This document shows positions 16,420 to 27,517 of a stretch of 41,204 bases of DNA, piece after piece (the first letter of the stretch is position 1; each line of letters begins with the position of its first letter). The translations under genes were made by a program, and so were the position numbers. The notes under the pieces were generated by a model. The model was not told where the DNA came from and made no database searches. It was given only the letters and a program-made list of their open reading frames with translations. The DNA is from Planctomycetales bacterium (GTDB taxonomy: Bacteria > 4484-113): the NCBI GenBank assembly GCA_037445915.1, contig JBBIJQ010000011.1:1499-42702 (forward strand), written 5' to 3'.

Positions 16420-16430
16420 ACTCGCTTTTC

Positions 16431-16504
<74 letters not shown>

Positions 16505-16559
16505 GGTATCACGCATCTCTGCGCGACGCCATGCAACCCTGCGGCTGGCCGCTATACGG

Positions 16560-17498
16560 CTACTCAGCAGCGCCTTCAGCCTGCTCTTCGGGCTTGGGAG
16601 GCTGGGCGTATGACGACCAGAGCTTGATGTCGGTCTCAAGCATCGGCACGAACATCGCCAACTCAAAGTAGCCGATGGTTATGGGCTTTTCCGACTTCAG
16701 CGTGAACATAATCTTTGAGCCCATCATCTCAACCGTGACCGCCTCGGGGCCTTCGTTGTCTGCCGACGGGACCACAGTAAGCTCCCAGTTTTCCGGGCCG
16801 GGAACTATGTCCAGCGTGTAGTCGCCGCCCATCCACTTGCCGTCCTCACCTTCAACTTCGGAGGCCTTGTAATAGGCGATGCCGAAGCTGAAGCGGTGCG
16901 GGTCAAGCGTCAGCTCGGAAGTCTCGGCGTGCGCGACGAGTTTGTTGCCCTTAACATCCACGCTTACGGCGATGTCCGGCGGGAGGAAGTCGGGCATGTC
17001 GTTGACGACTTTGCGCACGAGCTCCAGCCCCTCCCGGCCGCGTATGTCCTTGAGGACGATGACGCCGTCAGGGTTCACGAGGAACGTCGCGGGGATTGAC
17101 TTGACGCCCCACTCAACGGCTATGCGGTTCTTCCAGCCGCCGCCTTCATAGATGATGGGGTAGTTCAACTTGTTGTCAGCGATGACTTTGAGCATATCGT
17201 TGTAGGTTTCCTCGCTGTCAAGCGAGACGCCGATCATCTCAAACTTGTCCGACTTGAAGCTGTCGTAGAAGGGCGCAACGAATGGAATCTCGCCCATGCA
17301 CGGGCCGCACCAAGACGCCCAGAAGTCAATGAAGACGAACTTGCCCTGCGCGTTGATGTCCGCGAGGCTCACCGGGCTGCCGTTCATGTCTTTGCCGGTG
17401 ATGTCCAGCGCTTTTGACCCCAAGCTGGGCGAAGCGAACGCTGAGCTTGCTATGAATAGCGCAAGCATAACTGCCAGCGCGAAGATATTTCTGCGCAT
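16560..17498 (-). CDS. Exported TlpA-like thiol-disulfide oxidoreductase with C-terminal extension
   Basis: Signal peptide; FIDFWASWCGPC; GVKSIPATFLVNPDG; RBS AGGAGG and TATAAT upstream. Confidence 0.9.
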   Translation of the reverse strand: MRRNIFALAVMLALFIASSAFASPSLGSKALDITGKDMNGSPVSLADINAQGKFVFIDFWASWCGPCMGEIPFVAPFYDSFKSDKFEMIGVSLDSEETYNDMLKVIADNKLNYPIIYEGGGWKNRIAVEWGVKSIPATFLVNPDGVIVLKDIRGREGLELVRKVVNDMPDFLPPDIAVSVDVKGNKLVAHAETSELTLDPHRFSFGIAYYKASEVEGEDGKWMGGDYTLDIVPGPENWELTVVPSADNEGPEAVTVEMMGSKIMFTLKSEKPITIGYFELAMFVPMLETDIKLWSSYAQPPKPEEQAEGAAE

Positions 17499-17542
17499 CT
17501 GCGCACCTCCTAAAGATGTAGCCAGATTATATACCCGCCGCG

Positions 17543-18802
17543 CTAAAGAGTTGGCTTTCCCAGCGCGGACTTGATTGCGGGAACGAGGTCAAGCTCCTCC
17601 CAGGGCAGCTTCAAGCCGGTGCGCCCGAAATGCCCGTAGGCGGCGCAGGGGCGGTAAAGGGGGCGCTTGAGCTTCAGGTTATGGATAATCGCGGCGGGGC
17701 GGAAGTCAAAGACTTCGTGCGAAGCTAGCAGTGCGTTGATGCGCTCCAGCGGCACGCGTTCGGTGCCAAACGCGGTTGAGGAAATGCTCACAGGGTGGGC
17801 GCGGCCGATGGCATACGCGACCTGGACTTCCAGGCGGCCCGCGTAACCCGCGGCGACGATGTTCTTTGCGGCATAGCGTGCGTAGTAGCTGCCGCTGCGG
17901 TCAACTTTGCTGGGGTCTTTGCCGCTAAACGAGCCGCCGCCGTGCCGTGCAGAGCCGCCGTAGGTGTCCACGATTATCTTGCGCCCGGTCAGGCCGCTGT
18001 CCGCCAACGGGCCGCCCTTTACGAACTTGCCCGAAGGGTTCACGAGGATACGGTCTCTTTCAATGCGCCCGCCTGGGAACCACTTCAGCGGGATGATGGG
18101 CTTGATGACGGTTTCAATGATGTCGTCAGCCATGTTCTTCATCTTCACGTTTTCAAGGTGCATCGCCGACACGACGATACGGTCAACCGCGACCGGCTTC
18201 CCACCCTCGTAGCGCATGGTCACCTGCGTCTTGCCGTCGGGGCCGATGTAGGGGAGGACGCCCTTCTTGCGCACCTCGGCTAGGCGCAGCGCGAGCATGT
18301 GCGCAAGCTGGATGGGCAGCGGCATAAACGCGCCTTTCGTCTTTGCGCTGAAGCCTTCGGTCTCGGTGCAGGCAAAGCCGAACATCATCCCCTGGTCACC
18401 CGCGCCCTGCAGGTCAAACTTGTCCTTGGCAGTCTTGCCGACGGCTTCGCGCGATGTGTTCACGGCGCTAGAGATGTCCGAAGACTGCTCGTCAATGCTC
18501 ACGAGGACGCCGCAGGTTCCGCCGTCAAAGCCGAAGGTGGGCGAGTGGTAGCCGATGTCCTGGATGGTCTTGCGCGTGATGGCGTTGATGTCCGAATAGC
18601 CCTTCGTCGTCACCTCGCCGAATATCATCACGACGCCGGTCGTGCAGGCGACTTCCACCGCCGCGCGCGCATCACGGTCTTGTGCGAGGATGTCGTCAAG
18701 GATGGCGTCGGCGATAGCGTCGCAGACCTTGTCGGGATGCCCCTCGCTTACGGATTCGCTGGTGAACAGGGTTGAGCCGTTATTCGCGACTTGCGTTTTC
18801 AT
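17543..18802 (-). CDS. metK: S-adenosylmethionine synthetase
   Basis: [56 protein letters not shown]; start reassigned to ATG 18802. Confidence 0.98.
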   Translation of the reverse strand: MKTQVANNGSTLFTSESVSEGHPDKVCDAIADAILDDILAQDRDARAAVEVACTTGVVMIFGEVTTKGYSDINAITRKTIQDIGYHSPTFGFDGGTCGVLVSIDEQSSDISSAVNTSREAVGKTAKDKFDLQGAGDQGMMFGFACTETEGFSAKTKGAFMPLPIQLAHMLALRLAEVRKKGVLPYIGPDGKTQVTMRYEGGKPVAVDRIVVSAMHLENVKMKNMADDIIETVIKPIIPLKWFPGGRIERDRILVNPSGKFVKGGPLADSGLTGRKIIVDTYGGSARHGGGSFSGKDPSKVDRSGSYYARYAAKNIVAAGYAGRLEVQVAYAIGRAHPVSISSTAFGTERVPLERINALLASHEVFDFRPAAIIHNLKLKRPLYRPCAAYGHFGRTGLKLPWEELDLVPAIKSALGKPTL

Positions 18803-18976
18803 AGGCGATGATTCTAGCATCGACGGGAGATGAAAGGGAGAAGCCAGGGGTGTGGAGTCCTGAGTTGGGAGTTGGAGCGGGGATTAGGATGGAGGAAAAC
18901 AGCGGGGAAAAGTGGGGGAGGCGGCAATGCCCCGTTCCCTAGCCCCTCTATTCCCACTCCACGGTATAATTTACAT

Positions 18977-21010
18977 GTGCAGGCGGGGCTCGTATCGGTA
19001 ATCATCGTTAACTTCAGGACGGAGCGCTACCTGCGCGAGTGCCTGGCGAGCGTCCGCGCCCAAGACTACCCCGCCGTGGAGCTCGTCCTCATCAACAACG
19101 CCAGCCCTGGCTTTGACCGAGCCGTCCTTGACGAGTTTTACCCCGCGCTTTTCATCGGTAACAGCGACAACACAGGCTTCGCGCGTGCCAACAACCAGGG
19201 CATCCGCCGCTGCAACGGCGAGTTCGTGCTGCTGCTAAACGCCGACGCGCGCATCCCGCCGAACTTCATCAGCCGCGCCGTCTCGCAGTTTGCGCGCGAC
19301 AAGCGCATAGGAGCTGTCATCCCGCGCACCGTGCGCTGGGGCAATCGAGATTCCGTTGAGAGCACAGGCCACATTATGCGCACCGACTTTACCGCTGCGC
19401 ACCGCGACCACGGCGCGCGCGCTGAAGATGCGGCGAGCGAGGCTGGCTACGTCTTCGGCGGGACGGCCGCATGCGTGCTGTATCGGCGCGAAATGCTTGA
19501 AAACGTGCGCTTTGAGAACGAGTATTTTGACGAAAGCTTCTACGCCTATTTTGAAGACGTTGACCTTGACCTGCGCGCACAGCTATTAGGCTGGCGCGCG
19601 TGGCATGAGCCTTCGCTGGTGGCCGAACACGCCGGGGGCGGGTCGGGAATGCGGCGCAGCGCGCGCATGCGGCTTATCGCAGAGAAGAACCGATACTTGT
19701 GCATGGCGAAATGCCTTACGGCGGCGGACTGGCTGCCCTGTTTGCCTGCGCTCGCGCTCTACGAATGCTGGCACTTTCTCAATGTGATGGCGCGGCCGTA
19801 TCTGCTGCTCGCGCTATTCGCGTATCTTTACTACCTGCCGGAGATGATGCTCAAGCGCATTGAGCTGATGCGCAGGCGAAAGCTAAAGCCCCGCGAGCTG
19901 CGCGCAATGCTTAAACCACGATTCGGCGCGCGCGCGGCGCATACGACGAAACTTGTTGAGCGCGAATATCCGCTGGCTGCGTCTGTCATCATCCTTAACT
20001 TCAACGGCATTGATGAAACGCGGCTCTGCCTGGATGCGCTGGCGCAGCAGGAGTTTACCGATTACGAAACTGTTATCGTGGATAACGGCAGCAGTAACGA
20101 TGAAGCCGCCGCTTTGCGGCTTGAATACCCGTCTGCGCACGTCATCAGCGCGAAGAGAAACCACGGCTTTGCAGGCGGCGTGAACATCGGGGCGAAAGTG
20201 GCGCGAGGCAAGTATCTTGTGCTGCTCAACAACGACGCCGAGCCTGAACCGCAGTTTCTCGGCGAGCTTATCGGCGCGATGGAGCAAACCAGCGCAGATG
20301 CGGGATGCGGCGTGCTGCTTGAAGGCGGGCGCGAGGAAACCAACGATAGCGTTAGCTTCCTTGGCTACACCATCCCGCGCGTTTTCGGCGGTAGCGCGCT
20401 GACGTTCTACCCCAGCGGCGGCGCGGCAATTATCCGCCGCGACTCGCTCATCGCTATCGGCGGCGAGGTGTTTGATCCCGCCTATTTCATTTACCACGAA
20501 GACGTAAGCCTAGGCTTTCGCATCCGTCTCGCGGGCGGCGAAGTCATAAAGATACCGTCCGCGCGCGCTCGCCATCTCGGCAGCGTGACCACGCGCAAGC
20601 TGCCCCGCGCCACCGTGCTCTATTACCAGGCGCGCAACCGCGTGCTAAACCGCCTCATCTATTTGCAGGCAGGCACGCTGTGGAAGCTTGGGCCGCTATG
20701 CCTTGCGGAGTGCGTCGCGCGCCATGTCGTAGCGCTCGGTTCATGGCAGATGCTTTTGGCGGTGCTTCGCGCCGACGGCTTCATGCTCGCTCATGCTGGC
20801 TACATCCTCGCCAAACGCACGCAGGCAGGCAAGCTGCGCCATACGCATCCGCTGGCAAGGGGTGGAGGCGCACCTGTGCGCGACGCCGAATTTATGCCGC
20901 TGCTTTCAGGGCGCATCAATGGGCGCGGAGGGATGGCGGACAAATCTGCGCTTTTGTGGCTGCGGTTAGTTAGGTTACCCGTGGCGGAACTTAACCGGGA
21001 TGGCTTCTGA
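18977..21010 (+). CDS. Tandem two-domain GT2 glycosyltransferase
   Basis: Two GT-A domains (VSVIIVNF..NTGFARANNQG..LLNADA..YFEDVDL; ASVIILNFN..NHGFAGGVNIG..LLNNDA..YHEDVSL); start reassigned to GTG 18977. Confidence 0.92.
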   Translation: MQAGLVSVIIVNFRTERYLRECLASVRAQDYPAVELVLINNASPGFDRAVLDEFYPALFIGNSDNTGFARANNQGIRRCNGEFVLLLNADARIPPNFISRAVSQFARDKRIGAVIPRTVRWGNRDSVESTGHIMRTDFTAAHRDHGARAEDAASEAGYVFGGTAACVLYRREMLENVRFENEYFDESFYAYFEDVDLDLRAQLLGWRAWHEPSLVAEHAGGGSGMRRSARMRLIAEKNRYLCMAKCLTAADWLPCLPALALYECWHFLNVMARPYLLLALFAYLYYLPEMMLKRIELMRRRKLKPRELRAMLKPRFGARAAHTTKLVEREYPLAASVIILNFNGIDETRLCLDALAQQEFTDYETVIVDNGSSNDEAAALRLEYPSAHVISAKRNHGFAGGVNIGAKVARGKYLVLLNNDAEPEPQFLGELIGAMEQTSADAGCGVLLEGGREETNDSVSFLGYTIPRVFGGSALTFYPSGGAAIIRRDSLIAIGGEVFDPAYFIYHEDVSLGFRIRLAGGEVIKIPSARARHLGSVTTRKLPRATVLYYQARNRVLNRLIYLQAGTLWKLGPLCLAECVARHVVALGSWQMLLAVLRADGFMLAHAGYILAKRTQAGKLRHTHPLARGGGAPVRDAEFMPLLSGRINGRGGMADKSALLWLRLVRLPVAELNRDGF

Positions 21011-21022
21011 TAGAATACGCCA

Positions 21023-22297
21023 ATGTTGATGTTGCTCTACAACCTCCTCCTTGCCATTTTGTCGCCGGCGATACTCGCCTTTGCGTGGTGGCATCCCGGC
21101 TTGCGCGAGGGGCTAGCGGAGCGGCTCGGCATGTGGAAAGACCGCCAGCGCATTGACGCGATTAGCGGCAAGGCTATATGGCTGCACGGCGTGTCGGCGG
21201 GAGAGGTACGGCTGCTATTGCCGATAATTGAAGAGCTGAAGCGCAGGCTGCCTGATGCGGCTTTTTTTGCCACGACTATCACGCCCGCGGGCATGCGCGT
21301 ACTTGAGCAGTTCACCGGCAGAAACGGGGTAGTGGCCTCATACTTCCCGCTCACCGACTTGCCGTGGATAAGCAGCCGTTTCGCCAACGCTGTGCGCCCG
21401 AGAATCTACATCACGACCGAGGCGGAAGCTTGGCCTAACATCACCTCAATCCTCAAGAGGCGCGGCGTCAAGAGCCTGCTCGTGAACGCGCGGCTGTTTG
21501 CGGAGAGCAAAGGCGCGCTGGAACTGCGCGGGGTGCGTTGGCTGATGCGCGGATTTCACCTCATCCTCTGCCAGACGCAGCAGTTTGCAGACGACTTCGC
21601 GCGCATCGGCGTGCCAAGGGAAAAGCTGCGCGCGGTCGGGAATATGAAGAGCGACTTTAACATCCTGCCTTGGAGCAGCGCGCAGTTGCATGAGTTCAAG
21701 GGCAAGCGCGGATGGGAAGGCGCGCGCGTGCTGGTTGCGGGCTCAACGCACACCGGTGAAGACGAGCCTATACTGGCCGCATTCGCAGCCCTGCGCGCCA
21801 AGCACCCGGAGTGGGTGCTGGCGATAACTCCGCGCCATCCGGAACGGCGAGACGAGGTGCTCGCGCTGTGCAGGCAGAAGGGGCTGGAGGCGGACTTGCT
21901 TAGCAATGGCGGCGCAGGCGCGCCGGTGCTTATTGTAGATGTAATGGGAGCGCTTCTTGACTACTACCGCTGCGCCGACTTGGCCATCCTAGGCGGAACG
22001 TTCAATCCCCGGGTGGGCGGGCACAACATCCTTGAGCCGGCGCACCTCGCCAAGGCAGTCATTGCCGGCCCGCACGTAGATTCTATTGCAGACTCAATGG
22101 AGCGACTGCGCTTGGCTGACGCCGTGGCCAGCACAACTGCGGAGCAACTTGCAAAAGAAACGGTTGCGCTGGCGGAAGATGAGGCGCGGCGCACCAGCAT
22201 GGGATTGCGGGCGCAGGAAGTAGCCAGATCGCTTAAGGGCGCAACGAAACTCACTGTTGACGCGGTGATGGAAGCGTTGGACGCAGGCCGCCCTTAG
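21023..22297 (+). CDS. waaA: 3-deoxy-D-manno-octulosonic acid (Kdo) transferase
   Basis: IWLHGVSAGEV, EAEAWPN, VNARL, GNMKSD, AGSTHTGED, PRHPER, GGHNILEPA. Confidence 0.95.
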   Translation: MLMLLYNLLLAILSPAILAFAWWHPGLREGLAERLGMWKDRQRIDAISGKAIWLHGVSAGEVRLLLPIIEELKRRLPDAAFFATTITPAGMRVLEQFTGRNGVVASYFPLTDLPWISSRFANAVRPRIYITTEAEAWPNITSILKRRGVKSLLVNARLFAESKGALELRGVRWLMRGFHLILCQTQQFADDFARIGVPREKLRAVGNMKSDFNILPWSSAQLHEFKGKRGWEGARVLVAGSTHTGEDEPILAAFAALRAKHPEWVLAITPRHPERRDEVLALCRQKGLEADLLSNGGAGAPVLIVDVMGALLDYYRCADLAILGGTFNPRVGGHNILEPAHLAKAVIAGPHVDSIADSMERLRLADAVASTTAEQLAKETVALAEDEARRTSMGLRAQEVARSLKGATKLTVDAVMEALDAGRP

Positions 22298-22890
22298 CCC
22301 GGCTCGCAAGAGACGATGAGGCTTTTGCTAATCGCCTTGCGGCGCGCGGCTTTTACCTGCTCTGCGAAAATGTCCTTATCGGGAGATTCGCGCTGCTCGG
22401 GATCAACGTGCTTTAGCAGCTCCGAGTATGCATACGCCATCTCCCAATCGCAAACCGGCAAAAGCTTTCCGCCCAGCCTATCCGCCGGCATCTTGTAGGG
22501 GTCTTCGCAAGGCCAGTTTACCGTAGCGTCGGGGAGGTAAGTGACAAGGCGGCCGTCCTCCCAATCAAGGAAAATGAAGCTCAGAAGCACCGGGGCTCCG
22601 CCTGTGTGCTTGATTGTGCTGAAGCCGTGGTACTGCTCGCCGAGAAAGACGTAGCGGTGGCGCGCGAGCCAGAAGTGGTAGGCGGAATAATCAGCGCGGA
22701 ATATGAGCAGGTCAATGTCGCCGTGCAAGCGCGGGTTTTGTTCGCCGGTGAGCGTTTCAACCGCCCAGCCCCCGGCAAGCCAGAATGGCTTACGACCCAA
22801 GCGCGAGTAATCGGCGATTTTGTGGAGGCTCTCAAGCTGCTTCCGGCGGGTTAGCGGAACGACTGGAAAATCAAGGGCCTGGATATCCAA
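22294..22890 (-). CDS. Nucleotidyltransferase of the ANT(2'')/LnuA-like family
   Basis: FWLAGGWAVE..G...R.HGDIDLLIFRAD Pol-beta-type motif; GGAG RBS, 18 nt after infB stop. Confidence 0.8.
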   Translation of the reverse strand: MDIQALDFPVVPLTRRKQLESLHKIADYSRLGRKPFWLAGGWAVETLTGEQNPRLHGDIDLLIFRADYSAYHFWLARHRYVFLGEQYHGFSTIKHTGGAPVLLSFIFLDWEDGRLVTYLPDATVNWPCEDPYKMPADRLGGKLLPVCDWEMAYAYSELLKHVDPEQRESPDKDIFAEQVKAARRKAISKSLIVSCEPG

Positions 22891-22908
22891 TCCTATCTCC
22901 TCAGTCTC

Positions 22909-25446
22909 CTATAGGGACTCTGCCCTCTCGGAAGATGGGGCAAACACGTGCTGGCGGGTTTCCTTGACATAGATCTCAAGGACGTCGCCTTCCTTGATGT
23001 CGGAAGTCCCGTCAATGCGCAGGCCGCACTCAAAGCCTTCGGTGACTTCGCGCGCGTCATCCTTGAAACGCTTGAGGGAGCCGAGCTGGCCTTCAAGAAT
23101 TATCTCGCCGCCGCGCCGCAGGTTATAGTAAGCGTTGCGCTGGATCTTTCCACGCGTAACCATCCCGCCGCAGATAACCGAGTTGCGGTCAACACGGAAG
23201 ATGGCGCGTATCTCAAGCTCGCCCAGCGGGACGTCAACAATGTCGGGCTCAAACAGGCTGCTCACGGCAAGCTCAACATCTTCAAGGAGCTTGTAGATAA
23301 TGCGGTAGATGCGCACTTGCACCTTCTCGCGCTCAGCGAGCTTGCGCAACTGCCCCGCCATAGTCACGTTAAAGCCGATGACCATTGCGCCGGCAGGCGA
23401 CGCGAGCATTATGTCCGTCTCGTTGATTTGGCCGACGCCGGAGCGGATTATGTTGACCTTAACGCCTTCAATATCAATCTTCGCGAGCGCTTCCTTTACC
23501 GCCTCCAGGCTTCCCTGGACGTCAGCCTTGATGACGACATTAAGTTCCTTAACCGCGCTGGAGCGTATTTCCGAGAAAACATCTTCCAGCGAAACGCGCG
23601 CAGGGGTTGCGCCTGGGGTATAACGGTCCGCCACAGATTCGCGGCTGTCCGCGATTTGCTGTGCGCGCTTCTTTTCGCGGAAGCCGTAAACCTTCTCGCC
23701 ATTTTCAGGCGGGGCTTCAAACCCAATAACGCGGGCGGGCTCTGAAGGCCCGGCGCTCGCCAACTCCTTGCCTTTCTCATCCATCATCCGCTTGATGCGC
23801 CCGACAGATGTCCCGCAGAGGATGTAATCGCTCTTGTGGAAAGTGCCCTGCGTTACGAGTATCGTCGCAACTATGCCAACGCCAGGGTCTATTTCGTTTT
23901 CAATGATGGTGCCCATCGGCGCTGCGCCTGCATCCGACTTAAGCTCCATCAAGTCCGCGAGCAGGACTATATTCTCCAGCAACGCCTCAATGCCTGTGCC
24001 GACTAGCGCAGACACATTGCAGTAGACAGTCTCTCCGCCCCAGTCTTCGGGCACCAAGCCGTGCTGTGAAAGCTGCTGGCGCACCCGGTCGGGCTGGGCG
24101 TCAGACTTGTCAATCTTGTTGACAGCGACGATGACAGGAACTTTCGCAGCCTTGCAGTGCTCAATCGCTTCAACCGTCTGCGGCATGACGCCGTCGTCCG
24201 CAGCAACTACTAAAACGACTAAATCGGTAATCTGCGAGCCTCGCGCGCGCATCGCGGTGAACGCCTCGTGGCCGGGCGTGTCAATGAACGTTATGACGCG
24301 CTCCTGGCCTTCAACCGTTATCTTAGCCTGGTATGCGCCGATATGCTGGGTTATGCCGCCTGCTTCCTGGTCAACAACATTCGTCACGCGTATCGCATCC
24401 AGCAGCTTCGTCTTGCCGTGATCAACATGGCCCATAATGGTGACGACCGGAGGGCGAAGCTTCAACGCGGTGGCATCAACCTTCGCAAACGTCTCCAGGT
24501 CTTGCTCCGGCTGGCCCGTCGGCGCGACTTCACAGTCAATCTTGAACTTTTCGCATATCAGCGAGACTTCGTCTATGGAAGCGACATAGTTGATGGTGGC
24601 GAGGACATCCAGCTCGTCCATCAGGAAGCGTATGATGGACGACACTCTGACGCCCGTAGCCTCGGATACATCGCGCAGCGACATCGGGCGCGTAATCCGA
24701 AGATGGCGCACTACCTCAACTCTTTTCTTGTCGGTGCGCGTAACGCCCTTGACCTTAAAAACGCGCTTAACGCCCCGCCCAACAACAACATCATCATCTG
24801 CCTGCAATTCCGTCGTCGCATGCCGGCCTGGGCGGCGGTCCTTTGCCTTGGCGCGGGTGTCCGCTGCAACAACGGGAGATTTTTCCTTTTTGGTTTCACG
24901 CTTGCGCTCGGCGACCGCTACATCCTCTTCAACGGCCTCCTCAACGTAAGGGGCTGGGGGAATGTCGGCTTCAAGCTCAGGTTCGGGCGCGGCATCGCCA
25001 GCCTTTGGCTCATCCTTCTTCGTCTTAGTGAGCTTGACTTTCTTGCCAGCTGGGCGGTCTTCAATAATGGGCTTTAGGCGCGGGGGCTGGATTGCCGCCG
25101 GCGGAGGCTCTGCCGTGACTTCAACCTGCATAACCTGCGCAATTGCGGAATCGGTAGCAGCGGCTTCTTCAGTGAAAAAGTCGCGCATTGTAACAGGCGT
25201 TGTGTCTGCGGGCGGGGGCGTATCCACGGTCGCAGCCGCGCGCTTGATACGCTTGGGCGGGCCTGCAAGGCGAGCTTTGCCGGATGAGTAATCCTTTAGC
25301 TTCTCTATGGTCTCATCGTCAATCTCCGACATCATGCCGAAGCCTTCCTGGCTAACATCGTAGCCTACGTCACGCAGCCACTCAATGACTTGCTGCGTGG
25401 ATTTTGCCTTCAGCTCTTGAAGAAGATAGACAACCTTCTTAGGCAT
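22909..25446 (-). CDS. infB: Translation initiation factor IF-2
   Basis: [62 protein letters not shown]. Confidence 0.98.
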   Translation of the reverse strand: MPKKVVYLLQELKAKSTQQVIEWLRDVGYDVSQEGFGMMSEIDDETIEKLKDYSSGKARLAGPPKRIKRAAATVDTPPPADTTPVTMRDFFTEEAAATDSAIAQVMQVEVTAEPPPAAIQPPRLKPIIEDRPAGKKVKLTKTKKDEPKAGDAAPEPELEADIPPAPYVEEAVEEDVAVAERKRETKKEKSPVVAADTRAKAKDRRPGRHATTELQADDDVVVGRGVKRVFKVKGVTRTDKKRVEVVRHLRITRPMSLRDVSEATGVRVSSIIRFLMDELDVLATINYVASIDEVSLICEKFKIDCEVAPTGQPEQDLETFAKVDATALKLRPPVVTIMGHVDHGKTKLLDAIRVTNVVDQEAGGITQHIGAYQAKITVEGQERVITFIDTPGHEAFTAMRARGSQITDLVVLVVAADDGVMPQTVEAIEHCKAAKVPVIVAVNKIDKSDAQPDRVRQQLSQHGLVPEDWGGETVYCNVSALVGTGIEALLENIVLLADLMELKSDAGAAPMGTIIENEIDPGVGIVATILVTQGTFHKSDYILCGTSVGRIKRMMDEKGKELASAGPSEPARVIGFEAPPENGEKVYGFREKKRAQQIADSRESVADRYTPGATPARVSLEDVFSEIRSSAVKELNVVIKADVQGSLEAVKEALAKIDIEGVKVNIIRSGVGQINETDIMLASPAGAMVIGFNVTMAGQLRKLAEREKVQVRIYRIIYKLLEDVELAVSSLFEPDIVDVPLGELEIRAIFRVDRNSVICGGMVTRGKIQRNAYYNLRRGGEIILEGQLGSLKRFKDDAREVTEGFECGLRIDGTSDIKEGDVLEIYVKETRQHVFAPSSERAESL

Positions 25447-25447
25447 A

Positions 25448-25762
25448 TTACTTCGTTTCTCCAGCCTCGCGGCAACTGCGCTTTAGCCGCATCAGAAGTG
25501 ATTCCCGCTCGCGGGAATCCAGACAAACAATAATCCTATCATACTTGCCGGACTTGAAAACGAGCCGGCCGCTTTTCAGCGCGCGTTCCCAGCAGCCTTC
25601 GCGGGGGCACAAATATACGGAACGGCCCTCGGCAGGCTGGCCTTTCCTCACGACTGCAACGCGCTCCTTGTGGATGCGCAGCCGCATCAAGTCCTGCTGC
25701 AAATAGCGTTCGCGGCAGCCGACGCACGTCCTTACCGGGCGGTGCGGGACGGCGCTGCTCAA
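25448..25762 (-). CDS. ylxR: YlxR/RnpM family RNA-binding protein
   Basis: PVRTCVGCR, GRSVYLC...CW..ALK; position between nusA and infB. Confidence 0.92.
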   Translation of the reverse strand: MSSAVPHRPVRTCVGCRERYLQQDLMRLRIHKERVAVVRKGQPAEGRSVYLCPREGCWERALKSGRLVFKSGKYDRIIVCLDSRERESLLMRLKRSCREAGETK

Positions 25763-26880
25763 GTCGTTTGCCCCGCTCGCGGCTTCTTCGGCTTGGCCGC
25801 TTCTTGTTTTGGCTTCGCCCCGGTCGCGGGAACCGCGTCGTTTTCGGTGACGCTCCGCACTTCCAGGAAGTACTTAGTCAGGCGGGAAGCTAGTTTCACA
25901 TTGCGCCATGACTTGCCGATGGCAAGCGAAATCTGGTCGTCGGGGACGATGACCATCGCGCGCTTCTCGCTCTCAAATATCTCTACGGAGATGACCTTCG
26001 CTGGGGAAAGCGCTTCCGCAATGAACTCAAAGGGGTCGGTGCGGTAGGGCACCAGGTCAATCTTCTCTTCGTTCAGCTCATGCGAGATTGCGGTGACGCG
26101 CACGCCCCGGCTGCCGATACAGGTGCCGACTGGATCTAGCTCAGGAAGGTTGCTCTTAACGGCTACTTTGCTGCGGAAGCCCGGCTCGCGGGCGATCGCC
26201 ATAAGCTCAATGCTGCGCTCTCGCACTTCGGGTATCTCGTTTTCCATCAGCCGGCGGATGAGGTCGGGGTGCGTGCGCGAGAAAACCAGCAGCGGCCCGT
26301 TCTTCTTGCCGCTGCGGACTTCAACTAGCAGGCACTTCACGCGCTGGCCGGCCCGATAATTCTCTTCGGGGATGCGTTCTTTCTGCGGGATGACACCCTC
26401 AACCTTGTCCGGCGTGATGACAAACACGTCGCCGCGCTCCTCAAACTCAACCGTGCAGGTTATCAGGTCAAAGATGCGCGTCTTGTATTCGCGCTGGATG
26501 TGCTCCTTCTCCGCCTGTCGGATGAGGTTCTTCATCATCGTCTTGGCGGTGGCGACGCCCCAGTACCCGACGTCGCTCATTTCGGTCTCAATGAGCAGCG
26601 AGTCTCCCTCTTCGGCGTTGGGGTCGTAGCTTCTCGCTTCTTCAAGCGAAATCTCCAACACCGGGTCGGCCACTTCCGCGACGACCTTCTTGCTCAAGTA
26701 TGCGTCAATGGTGGCCGAAGGAAGGTCAACCTCTATTTCCAGGTTGGCGGTCGGCCCGTTCTTGCGCTCGTATGCGCCCTTCATCGCCTCCACCAGCACT
26801 TCAATGATGCGCTGGCGCGAGACGCCCCGGGTAACTTCAATTTCCTGCAGCGCGGCAGATACGCGCGGATCGATCTTCAT
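25759..26880 (-). CDS. nusA: Transcription termination/antitermination factor NusA
   Basis: SRTHP, EIPEV, AREPGFRSKVAV, DPVGTCIG, EKID, SLAIGK..NVKLASRLT; probable start ATG 26880. Confidence 0.97.
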   Translation of the reverse strand: MKIDPRVSAALQEIEVTRGVSRQRIIEVLVEAMKGAYERKNGPTANLEIEVDLPSATIDAYLSKKVVAEVADPVLEISLEEARSYDPNAEEGDSLLIETEMSDVGYWGVATAKTMMKNLIRQAEKEHIQREYKTRIFDLITCTVEFEERGDVFVITPDKVEGVIPQKERIPEENYRAGQRVKCLLVEVRSGKKNGPLLVFSRTHPDLIRRLMENEIPEVRERSIELMAIAREPGFRSKVAVKSNLPELDPVGTCIGSRGVRVTAISHELNEEKIDLVPYRTDPFEFIAEALSPAKVISVEIFESEKRAMVIVPDDQISLAIGKSWRNVKLASRLTKYFLEVRSVTENDAVPATGAKPKQEAAKPKKPRAGQTT

Positions 26881-26884
26881 GATC

Positions 26885-27403
26885 TCAAACCTCAACCTTC
26901 AGACGGACAACCGTCACCAATTTTCGCGGGAGCGACGCAACTCCCTCATCGTATCCAATCCCCAGCTCGCCCACCAGGTCAGGCGGAAGATCGGTGGTAC
27001 GCACCTTGAGCATGCCGTCAAAGAGCCCGAGCAGCTCTCCTGTAAGCGATGCCTTGCGGCCTTCCACTCGCAGCGTCACCACAACCTGGTTGCCGGCGAA
27101 CCGGGTAAAATCAACGTCGCGCTTGAGCAGCCGGTCAAAGCCGGGGCTGCTCACCTGGAGTGAAGAGTCGCCCGCGAACGCGTCCAGCGATTCCAGGTGA
27201 AGCTGGACGAGCGGAGACAGCCGCATGCAGTCGCCCAAATCCGCAGGCGAACCGTCGGCGCGTTCAACAAACAGCTTGTAAGAGCGCCCCCGGCCCTGCC
27301 CCACGACCTGCATGTCAACCAGGCCGTATGCGTTCAAAGCCAGGAACTCCTCAAGCTGACGCTCAAGTTCCAGCAAATCCATCATAGTTAAAGAAACGGC
27401 CAC
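26885..27403 (-). CDS. rimP: Ribosome maturation factor RimP
   Basis: DLGDC..LS, LQVSSPGFDRLL...DFTRFAG; position upstream of nusA. Confidence 0.92.
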   Translation of the reverse strand: MAVSLTMMDLLELERQLEEFLALNAYGLVDMQVVGQGRGRSYKLFVERADGSPADLGDCMRLSPLVQLHLESLDAFAGDSSLQVSSPGFDRLLKRDVDFTRFAGNQVVVTLRVEGRKASLTGELLGLFDGMLKVRTTDLPPDLVGELGIGYDEGVASLPRKLVTVVRLKVEV

Positions 27404-27517
27404 TTACCTTGCAGGACAAGCGGCCGCCACAAATACACCTGCTGTTAAGCCAAGCTATATTCTAGCACACAAGTAGGGAGAGGAATATGCGCTCTGATAT
27501 AATCCCCGTGGTGCAAG

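Noticed and set aside
18803-18976. SAM riboswitch upstream of metK, or a G-rich regulatory RNA
   Set aside because: The metK -10 is 8 nt from the ATG, leaving no leader; the G-rich/C-rich tract shows no SAM-I/II consensus I recognise
22294-22890. Acquired aminoglycoside/lincosamide resistance gene
   Set aside because: Only the family motif is recognisable; no integron or IS context; activity cannot be inferred
22948-25077. Long plus-strand ORFs opposite infB (also 27455..28372, 34461..35552, 39755..40462)
   Set aside because: Antisense shadows of well-supported genes
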